Source: a bacterium
GTDB lineage: Bacteria > UBA8248 > JACPRG01 > G963555815
Direction: 5' to 3'
Assembly (NCBI GenBank): GCA_965261595.1
Contig: CBDHDG010000004.1
Location: 160,001 to 224,000, forward strand
DNA length: 64,000 bases
Made by a program: the position numbers and the translations under genes. Every line of letters begins with the position of its first letter. Within the stretch, counting starts at the first letter, position 1. Under the pieces are notes generated by a model. The model had not been told where the DNA came from. It worked only from the letters and a program-made list of their open reading frames with translations, and did no database searches. Shown here piece after piece: positions 32,834 to 42,861 of this stretch.

Positions 32834-34067
32834 CTAGGAAATTCCGTAACAAATTTTTTCAGCTTCATCCAGCGGCGTGATCACCTCCCTGCCGCCCAGC
32901 TCGACATAGACCTTCTCCGATTTCGGCGTCCTCCCTGTCAGCCAGTCCGTCAGCCAGTCGGCGGCGTAATCCACATAAGGGGCCTCGATGGAGTGCTTCA
33001 TCCCCTCGAACATCACGAGGCTCTTCGGCTGCCGAATCTTGCCGAAAACCTCCAGCGTTACGTCCATGGGCGACAGGTCTTCGTCCTCTCCGGTCACCAG
33101 CATCAGCGGGCAGGAGATCTTCTCCTCCAGGCCGTCTAGGGAGAGCGTCTCCATGAACCGGTCGAAGGCGTCCTCGTCGTCGTACCCGGACATGTACATG
33201 TAATTGAGCTTGAAGGTGGGCGAGGCCATGTTGAAGATGGTGTCCATCCCGCTCTCCCAGCAGGGGAGCATGAACGCGCAGGCCTTGAGCCGGCTTTCGG
33301 CCGCGGCCACGCGGAATCCCCAGTAGGTCCCCATGCTGAACCCCGCCAGGCCCAGGCGCGTCTCGTCGATGTCGTCCCGGGAGAGCAGATAATCGACGGC
33401 CCCGACCCCCGCTTCGACATAATTGTCCGCGGTCACCCGGATTTTCCGCAAGTTGGAGGCCCCCTGCCCCGGCCCGTCGATGATGAGCGTCGCGACGCCC
33501 GCTCCAGGAACGGATCGCCGTACATGGCGGAATTTTCTTTCACCATATCCATGCCCGGCGTGATGAGGACGGCGGGATGCGGGGGCGCCCCGCACGTGGG
33601 AAGGTGAAGCAGCGCGGGGACGGAGCGCCCCTCGAATGGAATCTCCACCCGCTCGATGAAGTGCGGGGCGTACTGAATGTACTTGTCGTAGCAATGGTCC
33701 TGCAATTCCTGGAGCTCGATGTGTTTCGGGTGATCGTCCTCGAAGAGCGGCCAATGGGCGTTGCAGTAATGCTGGACGGCGATGAAATAGTTCTCGCGCG
33801 CGAGGACGGTGCGGCCCTCCGCTTCGGCCTTCTCCGCCCGCGCCTGCCGTTTCCGGGCCGCCTTGGCGAACTCGCGCCCGATGTCCGCGTACCGCCCTGG
33901 CGGATCAACGTGACGTCGCCGAGGGCCTTGGGGCTGCAATAGTTCAGCACCCGGCTCGTCCGGCCCTGGTCCCAATCCACGCCGACGGCCCGGACGATGT
34001 TGTCCAAGATCCACCGCTGTTCTTTCCAACGGCGTATCACCTTTTCGCGATCCCGGCTGATCTTCAT
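32834..34067 (-). pseudogene. alpha/beta hydrolase (2,6-dihydroxypseudooxynicotine-hydrolase-like), frameshifts near 33895 and 33500
   Basis: Pieces: RWKEQRWILD...GVDWDQGR; ERVEIPFEG, PGMDMVKE; DGPGQG, GFSMG nucleophile motif. Confidence 0.75.
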
Positions 34068-34140
34068 TCATCGTCCTCCGCGGTTATCGTTTCATCCTTT
34101 GAAAAGCTTGATTCGCCGGCGGCTTCCGACGCCTTCCGGA

Positions 34141-34959
34141 TCACCGGGAGAGAAACCGCCGCCAGGCGTTTCGGAACTCCCGGACGGAGCCGGGCGCGTG
34201 TCCGGCGTAGTGGTTGTTGAAATAGACGAACACGTTATGGACCCCCTTGTTCAGAATATCCTGGATGATCGGCGTCCATAGGTCCATGTCCTCGGTTCGG
34301 TCCCAAATGAGCCGATCCCAATCCTGGGTCTCGGCCTCGATTTCATGCCGGTCGCCGATAAACCGGATATAGGAAAAGTCGGCCGTTACGGGGTTCACCC
34401 GTCGGTGGATCTCGTCCACCCGCGTCATCCAGGGGTGGTCGATGAGACAGAAGGCAATCCCCCTTTCGCGAAGCGGTCCGAGGAGCCGCTCGGTCACCCA
34501 GCCCTTGTTCCGCACCTCGACCGCATAACGGCGTCCCTCGGGAAGCGACGCCACGAACCTTTTCAGCCGTTCAATGAATCCGTCCGCATTCGGAAAGGCC
34601 TTCCGGTTGAAATAGGGGAACTGGAACAGGATCGGCCCCAGACGGTCTTCCAGGAGGTCCATCACCCGCAGGAAGGCGCGCACCTCGTCCTCGCAGTCCA
34701 CGAGCACCTTTTCATGCGTGATGACCCGGGGCGCCTTCGCTGCGAAGAGAAACCCGTCCGGGGTCTTTTCTTTCCATCCCTGAACGGTCGCCGGCCGGGG
34801 GGTTCCGTAGAATGTGGAGTCTATCTCAACGGTGTCGAAGACGCGGCTGTATTCGCTGATGTAATTCCCCGCCCGGCATTTGTCCGAGTAGAACACCCCG
34901 CGCCACGACGCCGTCGACCAGCTTGATGTCCCGACGCGCAGGCCGGCGGGCAAGGCCAT
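34141..34959 (-). CDS. DUF72 family protein
   Basis: VGTSSWS, TVEIDSTFY, KAPRVITH, LFQFP, YFNNHYAG. Confidence 0.9.
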   Translation of the reverse strand: MALPAGLRVGTSSWSTASWRGVFYSDKCRAGNYISEYSRVFDTVEIDSTFYGTPRPATVQGWKEKTPDGFLFAAKAPRVITHEKVLVDCEDEVRAFLRVMDLLEDRLGPILFQFPYFNRKAFPNADGFIERLKRFVASLPEGRRYAVEVRNKGWVTERLLGPLRERGIAFCLIDHPWMTRVDEIHRRVNPVTADFSYIRFIGDRHEIEAETQDWDRLIWDRTEDMDLWTPIIQDILNKGVHNVFVYFNNHYAGHAPGSVREFRNAWRRFLSR

Positions 34960-35339
34960 CTGAAATGTCTCCTGCCCGGAAACCATCCGGGCAATATAAC
35001 CGACGGACCGATCCCGATCCATGAAGGAGATTCCTTCCCGCCTCCGTTGCCGGACAGGCCGTTCTCCTTTAGACTTTCCCCCAACCCGCAGCGGAGGACG
35101 CGAAGCGGAAATTCGCGGTTTGCTTCAAAACCTCCCTCCTCGATTCTGGCCCCAGTGGACTCAGAATGAGTGCATTCGCTACAATCAGAATGCCGGTGCC
35201 ATTCATCACTGACGATTCAGGTTAAAGATGGCAGTTGTTTTTCAATTAGGCGAGAGTCCTTGGACCCGTAAAAAAATGTGTGATAAATTACAATTGGATA
35301 GATGTAGCAGTGTGACCGACAGCGGGCATAACCCCAGGT

Positions 35340-36599
35340 TGGACTTACCCCGGTTTCGTGGAGAGTTAAGCACTTGGGTTTTCAGGGTGTGCGTTGTTGT
35401 CTCCTTTCGTAGTTAACGGGTGACAGGTTGTCGATGGAGGAGTGCCGACGATGCGGGTTGTAGAAGCCCTCGATGAACCCGAACACCTCCATGCGCGCCT
35501 CGGCCCGGGTGCGGAAACTGTGGCGAGCGAGGAGCTCGCACTCCAGCGTGGCGAAAAAGCTCTCACACAGCGCGTTGTCGTAGCAGTCCCCGACCGAACC
35601 CATGGAGGGACGCCCGCCCGCCTGCCAGCAGCGCTGCCCAAAGGCGACCGAGGTGTACTGCGTGCCCTGGTCGGAGTGGTGGATGACGGCCCGGGGACGG
35701 CGCTTATACAGCGCCATGTCGAGCGCGTCGAGCACCAACTCGGCCCGCAGGTGTGTGGCCATCGACCACCCCACGATGCGCCGGCTGAACGCATCGAGCG
35801 CCACGGCCAGATACAAAAACCCCGCCCATGTCGGAACGTAGGTGATGTCGGCCACCCACAGCCGGTCGGGGGCCTCGGCCGTGAAGTTGCGGTCCACCAG
35901 ATCAGGGGCCGGCCGCGCCTCCTGCCGGCGCTGCGTCGTGCGCGCTCCCTTGCGCCGACTGACGCCCGCAAGTCCCGCCCCACGCATCAGCCTGGCGACG
36001 CGCTTGCGGCCCACACGCACTCCCTCAGCCTCCAACTCGGCATGGACGCGCGGCACGCCGTAAGTCCCCCGAGAACGCTCGTGGATCGCCTGAATGCGTT
36101 TGGTGAGCGCCCGATCGGCACACGAGCGGGCACACGGCGCGCGCCTGCGCCACGCGTAGTAGCCGCTGGAGGAGACGCCCAGCACCCGGCACATGGTGGC
36201 GGTCCGATACATGGCCTGGTTCGCCCTCACGAACCCGTAGATCCGGACGGGATCGAATCGGTCTCCCGAGCAAACCAGGCCGCGGCTTTTGCTAAGATCT
36301 CCCGCTCCTGGCGGAGCTGTCGGTTCTCGCGGCGAAGTCGGCGCAACTCCTCCCGCTCATCGCTCGTGAGCCCGTCTTTGCGACGCCCCTCGTCAACGTC
36401 GGCTTGATGGGCCCAGGTGCGGATCGTCTGCGCCGAGGGCTCGAACTCGTGCGCCAGCGCCTCGGGCGTGCGTCCCGCCCGGACCAACTCTACCATCTGG
36501 CAGCGGAACTCCATTGGATAGCGTGGGTGAGTCTGTGGCATCGTGAACACCTCCTTTACCCCCAAATCATCAGGTGTCCACCAAACCGGGTCAACTCCA
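35340..36599 (-). mobile_element. IS3-family element (copy 2, intact; orfA 36227-36541, orfB 35382-36230)
   Basis: TG...CA imperfect IRs; WVADITY, HSDQGTQY, YDNALCESFF. Confidence 0.95.
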
Positions 36600-37026
36600 C
36601 CTATCTAAAAACAATTATCGCTTGGCCCGAACGTTGGGCCAGAAACTCAAAGCCGATTTCGTCTTGATCGTTTCCGGCCGGAATGCCTTCCGCTTCACAC
36701 TCGTCGACGTCAAGGGGAAAGCGCCCAATTATTTTATTCATGCGAGTTCGCAGAACCTTCGCGCTCCTTTGTTAACCCAGCGCTTAAAGCACTTGGTCTC
36801 GATAGCTGACATCCATATTGTTACGGCCCTCTTGCAAAAGGTCGTTGCATCCCACAAGACGGGGAAGAAAGCGGCTGCTCCCGCCAAATTTAAACGTCTC
36901 CAGGCACTTGCCGAGGAGGTAAGGGTCGAAGCGAAAACCCGCGCGGAGATAGTGCGTCAAAAAATCAAACGACGGAAGGGAATCTCTGAATTCAGCGTGG
37001 AAGAGGTGCGTAAGAACTCATATTGA
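36600..37026 (+). pseudogene. 3' gene fragment truncated by the IS3 element
   Basis: ORF 36574-37026 begins inside the IS end. Confidence 0.4.
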
Positions 37027-37186
37027 AAATTGAAACACTTGGCAGCAGTGTCCGGACATATTCCTTTTTTGCTAGACCATTGCGGCTCCTTCCTCTCTAT
37101 TTCCTTCCAGGGTGGCTTTGCTAAAATAGATCAACCGAAACCAGCCGCCCGCTCATCGGTCACCTAAACTCTTCAAAGGATTCCGG

Positions 37187-39487
37187 ATGAACCCGTTCAC
37201 CGCAATCGGAAAGCCCACGCCGCTCATCGACGCGCCTCAGAAGGCCTCCGGGACCGCCGGGTTCGTCTCCGATGTCCGCGTGCCGGGCCTGCTTGCGGGG
37301 AAGGTCCTGCGCAGCCCGCACCCGCACGCCCGCATTCTCCACGTCGACGTGGAAGCGGCCCGGAATGCGCCCGGCGTTCACGTCGTCGTCACGGGCGCCG
37401 ACGCCCCCAATCCGCGCTGGGGTTGGACGGCCCTGAAGGACCAGTTCGTCCTGGCGACCGATCGGGTCCGGTTCGCCGGAGAGGAGGTCGCCGCCGTCGC
37501 GGCCAAAGACGAGGCCGCCGCCATCGAGGCCCTCGAGCGCATCCAAGTGGATTACGAACCCCTGGAAGCCGTCTTCGACCCGGAAGAGGCTATGACTGAA
37601 GGGGCGCCGCAGATCCACGGGAAACCCAAGAACATCGCCTACGAAGCCCACGTCGAGCGGGGCGACGTGGAAGCGGCCCTCGGCGCGGCGGACGTCGTCC
37701 ACGAGGCGACTTACTCCACACACTCCCAATACCAGGCGTACATGGAGCCTATGGGGAGCGTCGCGAAGCCCGAGGGAAGGGACCGCTACACCCTTTGGAC
37801 CCCGCTCCAGCACCTATTCCTTTCGCGGGATTTGATCGCCGAGACCCTGGGGCTGAACAAGGAAGACCTCCGCCTGATCCAGCCCTTCGTCGGCGGGGCC
37901 TTCGGGGGAAAGGCGCTCGAGGAGCCCAACGCCTTGATCACCCTGCTCCTGGCCATAAAGTCCGGCCGGCCGGTCCGGCTGTTCAACACCCGGACGGACG
38001 AGTTCACGGCCGCCCGGCCCCGGGTGCCCTCCAAGGTCTGGCTGCGCATGGGCGCCCGCAAAGACGGGAAGCTTCTCTCCAAGGAGGCGCGCATCGTCGC
38101 CGACAACGGGGGCAGCACCGGCCTGGCGGACGCCATCATGCGGACCGCCTGCTACCGCCCGGACAACACATACCGGATCGAAAACATCCGGACCGACGGC
38201 TGCCTCGTCTACACCAACAATCTTCCGTCCGGCGCGTTTCGGGGGTTCGGCAACCCCCAGGGGACCTTTCCCCAGGAAAGCCACCTGGACGCCCTGGCCC
38301 TTGAGCTGGGAATCGATCCCCTCGAGCTTCGCCTGCGGAACACCGTCCAGCCCGGCGACGTGACCGTTCACGGCTGGAAGATCGACTCCTGCGCCCTGGA
38401 CGACTGCATTCGCTCCGCCGCCGAGGCGTCCGGTTGGAAGGAGATCCGCGCCCGGTCCCGGGAAAACGGGAAGATCCGCCGCGGTATCGGATTCGCGTGC
38501 GCCATCCACATCAGCGGAAACCGGATGTTCGCCGACTGGGACGGCTCCAGGGCGATTGTGGAGGTGAACGCCGCGGGCGGCGTCCTGGTCCGAACCGGCG
38601 AGGGGGACATCGGCCAGGGGTCCCGAACCGTGGCCGCCATCGTCGCCGCCGAAGAATTGAAGGTCGGCGTGGACCGCGTTCAGATCTCGGAGACCAATAC
38701 GGAGACCGCACCTTACAGCCTCGGGGCCTATGCGAGCCGCCTGGCCCTGGTGGCCGGGAACGCTGTCCGGCTGGCCGCCGCCGCCGCGCGTGAAAAACTC
38801 CTCCCGGCCGCCGCCGATCTTCTGGAAGTCGCCCCCGCCGACGTGGAATTGCGCCTCGGAGGTTTCTGCGTCCGCGGCGCGCCCGAGCGGTCCGCGCCCT
38901 TCGAGGAGGTCTGCCGCGAGGCCTGCTCCCGAAATGGGGGGGCGCCGGTCGAGGGCGAGGGGGAATACGACCCGCCCACGCAGGCGGCCGACGAGAAAAC
39001 CCTTTTCGGCAACATCGCGCCGGCCTATGAATTCGCCGCCCAGACCGCCGAAGTCGAGGTGGACACCGAGACCGGCCGCGTCCGGGTCGTTCGCGTGACG
39101 GCGGCGGACGACGTGGGACGGGTCCTGAATCCCTTGGCCGCCCACGGCCAGGTCGAGGGCGCGGTCGGCCAGGGGACGGGCTTCGCCCTCCTTGAAGAGG
39201 TAAAATTCGAGGGCGGCCAGGTGATCAACGGGAACTTCGCGGACTACGTCCTGCCCAAGGCCGAATCCATGCCCGCTATCGATTCGATCATGGTCGAGTC
39301 CGACGACCCCCACGGCCCCTACGGCGCCAAAGGCGCCTCGGAAGCGGCCATCGTCCCGACCGCCCCGGCCATCGCCAACGCCATTTTCCACGCGACGGGC
39401 GTCCGGCTCACCTCCCTGCCCATCACCGCCGAAAAGGTGCTCACCGCCTTGAAGGCGCTCGCCGCCTTAAAGGCGCAAGACGCATAG
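37187..39487 (+). CDS. xanthine dehydrogenase-family molybdopterin-binding subunit
   Basis: LRSPHPHARI, VGGAFGGK, AFRGFGNPQ, GDIGQG, GQVEG, GAKGASE. Confidence 0.92.
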   Translation: MNPFTAIGKPTPLIDAPQKASGTAGFVSDVRVPGLLAGKVLRSPHPHARILHVDVEAARNAPGVHVVVTGADAPNPRWGWTALKDQFVLATDRVRFAGEEVAAVAAKDEAAAIEALERIQVDYEPLEAVFDPEEAMTEGAPQIHGKPKNIAYEAHVERGDVEAALGAADVVHEATYSTHSQYQAYMEPMGSVAKPEGRDRYTLWTPLQHLFLSRDLIAETLGLNKEDLRLIQPFVGGAFGGKALEEPNALITLLLAIKSGRPVRLFNTRTDEFTAARPRVPSKVWLRMGARKDGKLLSKEARIVADNGGSTGLADAIMRTACYRPDNTYRIENIRTDGCLVYTNNLPSGAFRGFGNPQGTFPQESHLDALALELGIDPLELRLRNTVQPGDVTVHGWKIDSCALDDCIRSAAEASGWKEIRARSRENGKIRRGIGFACAIHISGNRMFADWDGSRAIVEVNAAGGVLVRTGEGDIGQGSRTVAAIVAAEELKVGVDRVQISETNTETAPYSLGAYASRLALVAGNAVRLAAAAAREKLLPAAADLLEVAPADVELRLGGFCVRGAPERSAPFEEVCREACSRNGGAPVEGEGEYDPPTQAADEKTLFGNIAPAYEFAAQTAEVEVDTETGRVRVVRVTAADDVGRVLNPLAAHGQVEGAVGQGTGFALLEEVKFEGGQVINGNFADYVLPKAESMPAIDSIMVESDDPHGPYGAKGASEAAIVPTAPAIANAIFHATGVRLTSLPITAEKVLTALKALAALKAQDA

Positions 39488-39602
39488 ATATCGAATCCAC
39501 CCGCTCCTTCCCGGCCGGAACGCGGCGAGCCGACTTGAAGTCGTTCCGTGCATGCCGCCGGGCTTTCATTCCTCGATCCCACCCCCGTGTAAAGGAAAAG
39601 CC

Positions 39603-40415
39603 ATGTCCACCATCAAACTCCTGGAAGACGCGGAAATCACCGCCGGACCCGACGGGAAGATAGTCGAGCGGATTCTCCTGCGGGAGAAGAAACTCTTCAA
39701 CGTCGATCATCTCTCGAACGTCTGGAAGGCCCAGGCCCACCTCCCTGGCTACATCGAGGCCAGCTGGAACCGGTCCCGCGCGACGATGCAGCGGGGAGAT
39801 GTTCCGCCCATCATCAAGGAGCTGACCGCTTCCGCCGTCTCGATCATCAATGTCTGTCATTACTGAATCGACTCCCACATCGCCGCGGTCATGCGGCTTG
39901 GACTGGATGAAACGGGCGTGACGGAGCTGATGGCCATCGTGGACCACGTCCGCGGCTTGAACAAGGTGGCGGATGGCCTCTTCCTGGAAGACGACCGGGG
40001 CGCCGAAGAACCGCTGATTCCCTTTCCCAAAGAAGGCGATTTGGACAATCGGACATGTCAGATCCTGAATGCAGCCGCCGAGGCCGAAGAGAAGCGCCTA
40101 GGCCGCGTCGGCGTCCCGAAGATCTGGAAGGCCCTCTCCCGAAACTTCCACTACCTCGAGGCCACGTGGGCGAAGCACCGGCTCCTCTTCGACCGTCCGG
40201 GGATCGACCCCCTGGGAAAGCTCGCCGTGGGCCTGGGCGTCAGCGTGACGAACGGCAGCCGATACTTCATCCGCTATTTCACCCGGGCGCTGACCCACGC
40301 CGGGTGGGATGAAGGCCGGATCCTCGAAATCTTCGGCGTGGTGGACCACTACAGCAGCTTCAACACCATCACTTCCGGCATGCAGGTCGAGTCCGACATC
40401 CGGCCGGAAGGTTGA
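39603..40415 (+). CDS. tandem AhpD/carboxymuconolactone-decarboxylase-domain selenoprotein (CxxU; TGA 39864-39866)
   Basis: VSIINVCHY-TGA-IDSH is in frame with the 39891-40415 ORF; SECIS-like hairpin at 39882-39897. Confidence 0.85.
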
Positions 40416-40418
40416 GCG

Positions 40419-41233
40419 GTGAGCATTCCCATTCACCAGGTCGACGCCTTCACCGATAAGCCCTTTCGGGGAAACCCCGCGGCGGTTTGTCTCCTTCAAG
40501 ACCCGGCCGATGAAGACTGGATGCGGGCCGTCGCCCGCGAGATGAACCTGTCCGAAACCTCTTTTCTCTACCGGGATGGCGGCGGTTTCAACCTGCGCTG
40601 GTTCACCCCGGCCGTGGAGGTGGACCTCTGCGGCCACGCCACATTGGCGGCCGCCCACGTTCTTTGGGAAACGGGCGAGCTGGGCCGGGACGAGCGGGCG
40701 GTCTTTTACACACGCGGCGGCATTCTCACGGCCGGGCTTCAAGGAGGGAGGGATTGGATCGGGCTGGATTTTCCCGCCGCGCCCGAGCGCCCGATGACCG
40801 GTGAAACCCCGGATTCCGCGTTGGTGGCGGCCCTGGGCGTCAAGCCGAAATACATTGGAATGAACCGGTTCGACTACCTGGTTGAAGTGGATTTTGAAGA
40901 AACCCTTAAAACCCCCAAGCCGAATATGAAGTCCCTGGCGGAGCTGCCGGTTCGGGGAGTCATCGTCACGTGCGCGTCGGCTTCGAGCGAGTTCGACTTC
41001 GTCTCACGGTTCTTTGCCCCCGGGGCGGGAATCGACGAGGACCCGGTGACCGGGTCGGGCCACTGTTTCCTCGGCCCGCATTGGAAAAAGCGCCTCGGGA
41101 AAGACGAATTCACCGCATATCAGGCGTCCGAGCGGGGCGGCGTTGTCCGGGTGCGGGTTGCGAGGGAACGGGTCATTCTCAGCGGAAAGGCGTGACTATC
41201 TCAGCGGGACTCCTTAAAGTAACAGATTTATAA
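40419..41233 (+). CDS. PhzF-family isomerase (probable 1-nt frameshift near 41190)
   Basis: VDAFTDKPFRGNPAAV, NLSETSF, EVDLCGHATLA, EDPVTGSGH, QASERGG. Confidence 0.9.
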
Positions 41234-41348
41234 AATGTGTTATCTTATTGAAATAGCATACTGATATTTAATTCTATATTTCGAAACATGATATGGAACT
41301 GGGTCCTGCATTGACTAATTCGTTGAATATATCAATGACCGTCCACCG

Positions 41349-41371
41349 GTAGGGCGGGCATCCTGCCCGCC
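41349..41371 (+). repeat. GTAG-type REP-like palindrome
   Basis: GTAG-GGCGGGCA-TCC-TGCCCGCC. Confidence 0.4.
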
Positions 41372-41578
41372 CCGCTTTGACATTTATGTGTGGCCCCCAA
41401 AGAAACCTTGATATCCGTGGTACAATGTGGACCTAGACAAGAACATTTAGGAAACTGGCAGTGTCAAAGCCCAGGGCAATTGGGCATTCTCGTCGTAGAC
41501 TGTCGCATGGCTCCATTCTGAAGGGACATCTTGATGCCCTTTGGGAGCCGGAGGCTCTCTCCATTGGAGGATTCACCG

Positions 41579-42622
41579 ATGAAACGAACCGCAAGGTGTT
41601 TTTCACTCTTTGTCCTTGCAGCAATGATGTTTCTCTTCAGTTCCTTCGCCACACCGGAAATGGGGGAGGCGGCGACCAAGGTTCGGGTCGCGATGAGCTG
41701 GGTTTTGGCGGGGGATTCCGTCCCGGAATTTGTCGCCTTGGAAAAGGGGTTTTTTGCGGCCGAAGGGATTGAGACGACCATCCAGCGAGGTCATGGCGCA
41801 GTTGACACCCTAAAAAGAGTTGCGGCCGGAGACCTCGACCTCGGGAGCTCGGTCCTGGTGAGCGTTGCACTGGGCCGTGCGTCGGGGACAAAGGCAAAGA
41901 TCATCAAGATTTCGATGCACACCTCCCCCTATGGGCTGGCCTACATGAAAGGAATCGGGATAAATAAGCCCAAGGACCTGGAAGGCAAGAAGGTGGCTAT
42001 TCCCATTTATTCCTCGGTTCTTCAATTCTGGCCGGCCTTTGCCAAGGTGAACGGGATTGACCGATCAACGGTAGAGATGATCAATCTCAAGGGCTCCCTT
42101 CTAGGGACCAGTCTCGCCTCAGGCATGGTCCACGCCGTGGACAGTTGGATGACCTCTTTCCCCCCAAAAGCGGCCGCCGCGAAGAAGATGGGCAAGGAGG
42201 CCGGGTTTTTCCTCTGGTCGGATTACGGACTGTCGGACATGTACGGGGCCGCGTTTGTAGCGAGAGAAGACACCATCGCCAACAAGCCCGAGATGCTCCA
42301 AAAATTCCTCAACGCTAACATTCGGGGAATGGTCTATGCCCACCAGCATCCCAAAGAGAGCGTGGAGATCTTCCTGAAACACAACGCGGCTGCCAGCCGG
42401 TCCCTGACTGCTCAACAGTGGAAAGCCATGAAGCACCTGTCGACGGATGAAAACTTCAAGAAGGATGGATTCGGCTACGTCAACGCGGGCAAAATGGAAC
42501 GGGCCATGAAGCTGATTCGAACCTACGTCGGCTTGAAAAACCCCGTTGCGACCAAAGACACTTACACTAACCAATTCATCGAGCGGGTTCCCAAGAAATA
42601 TCGCTTCCCCAAGCTCCCGTAG
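41579..42622 (+). CDS. NMT1/THI5-type ABC substrate-binding protein
   Basis: Signal peptide, VALEKGFFAAEGI, RGHGA, PKDLEGKK, WSDYGL. Confidence 0.85.
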   Translation: MKRTARCFSLFVLAAMMFLFSSFATPEMGEAATKVRVAMSWVLAGDSVPEFVALEKGFFAAEGIETTIQRGHGAVDTLKRVAAGDLDLGSSVLVSVALGRASGTKAKIIKISMHTSPYGLAYMKGIGINKPKDLEGKKVAIPIYSSVLQFWPAFAKVNGIDRSTVEMINLKGSLLGTSLASGMVHAVDSWMTSFPPKAAAAKKMGKEAGFFLWSDYGLSDMYGAAFVAREDTIANKPEMLQKFLNANIRGMVYAHQHPKESVEIFLKHNAAASRSLTAQQWKAMKHLSTDENFKKDGFGYVNAGKMERAMKLIRTYVGLKNPVATKDTYTNQFIERVPKKYRFPKLP

Positions 42623-42713
42623 AGCGGGTGAAACGCGCTGGGGTTCTACCCAGTGTTTGAATAAGCAACGGCAGTGCCCATTTTATCCAAAACTTCGAAA
42701 GCCACTGAAATAC

Positions 42714-42753
42714 AGGGGCGGGGCAAGAGTCGGCTGACTCTTGCCCCGCCCCT
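42714..42753. repeat. perfect 18-bp hairpin
   Basis: AGGGGCGGGGCAAGAGTC-GGCT-GACTCTTGCCCCGCCCCT. Confidence 0.8.
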
Positions 42754-42861
42754 CGCGTTTGAAAGTGAAGCATATGGGGATTGAGTCGATCGTGTATTAT
42801 TACCTCCGATGAATCTTCGTGAAAAATACAGGCTGACACTAGTCGAAACTGGGTGCAAAGC

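Larger units (their letters stand above)
30894..32846 (+). mobile_element. IS1595-family element with passenger gene
   Basis: 24-bp IRs CGGAATTTCCTA(T/G)ATTAAGACCTT at both ends; no target duplication seen. Confidence 0.88.

Noticed and set aside
41193..41195. TGA at the end of PhzF as possible Sec
   Set aside because: No Cys-equivalent position; the expected VT...G.L tail is in another frame, so a 1-nt frameshift fits better.
41230..41578. Possible TPP riboswitch ahead of the NMT1/THI5 genes or tenA
   Set aside because: No recognisable TPP aptamer core seen by eye; an Rfam scan would be decisive.
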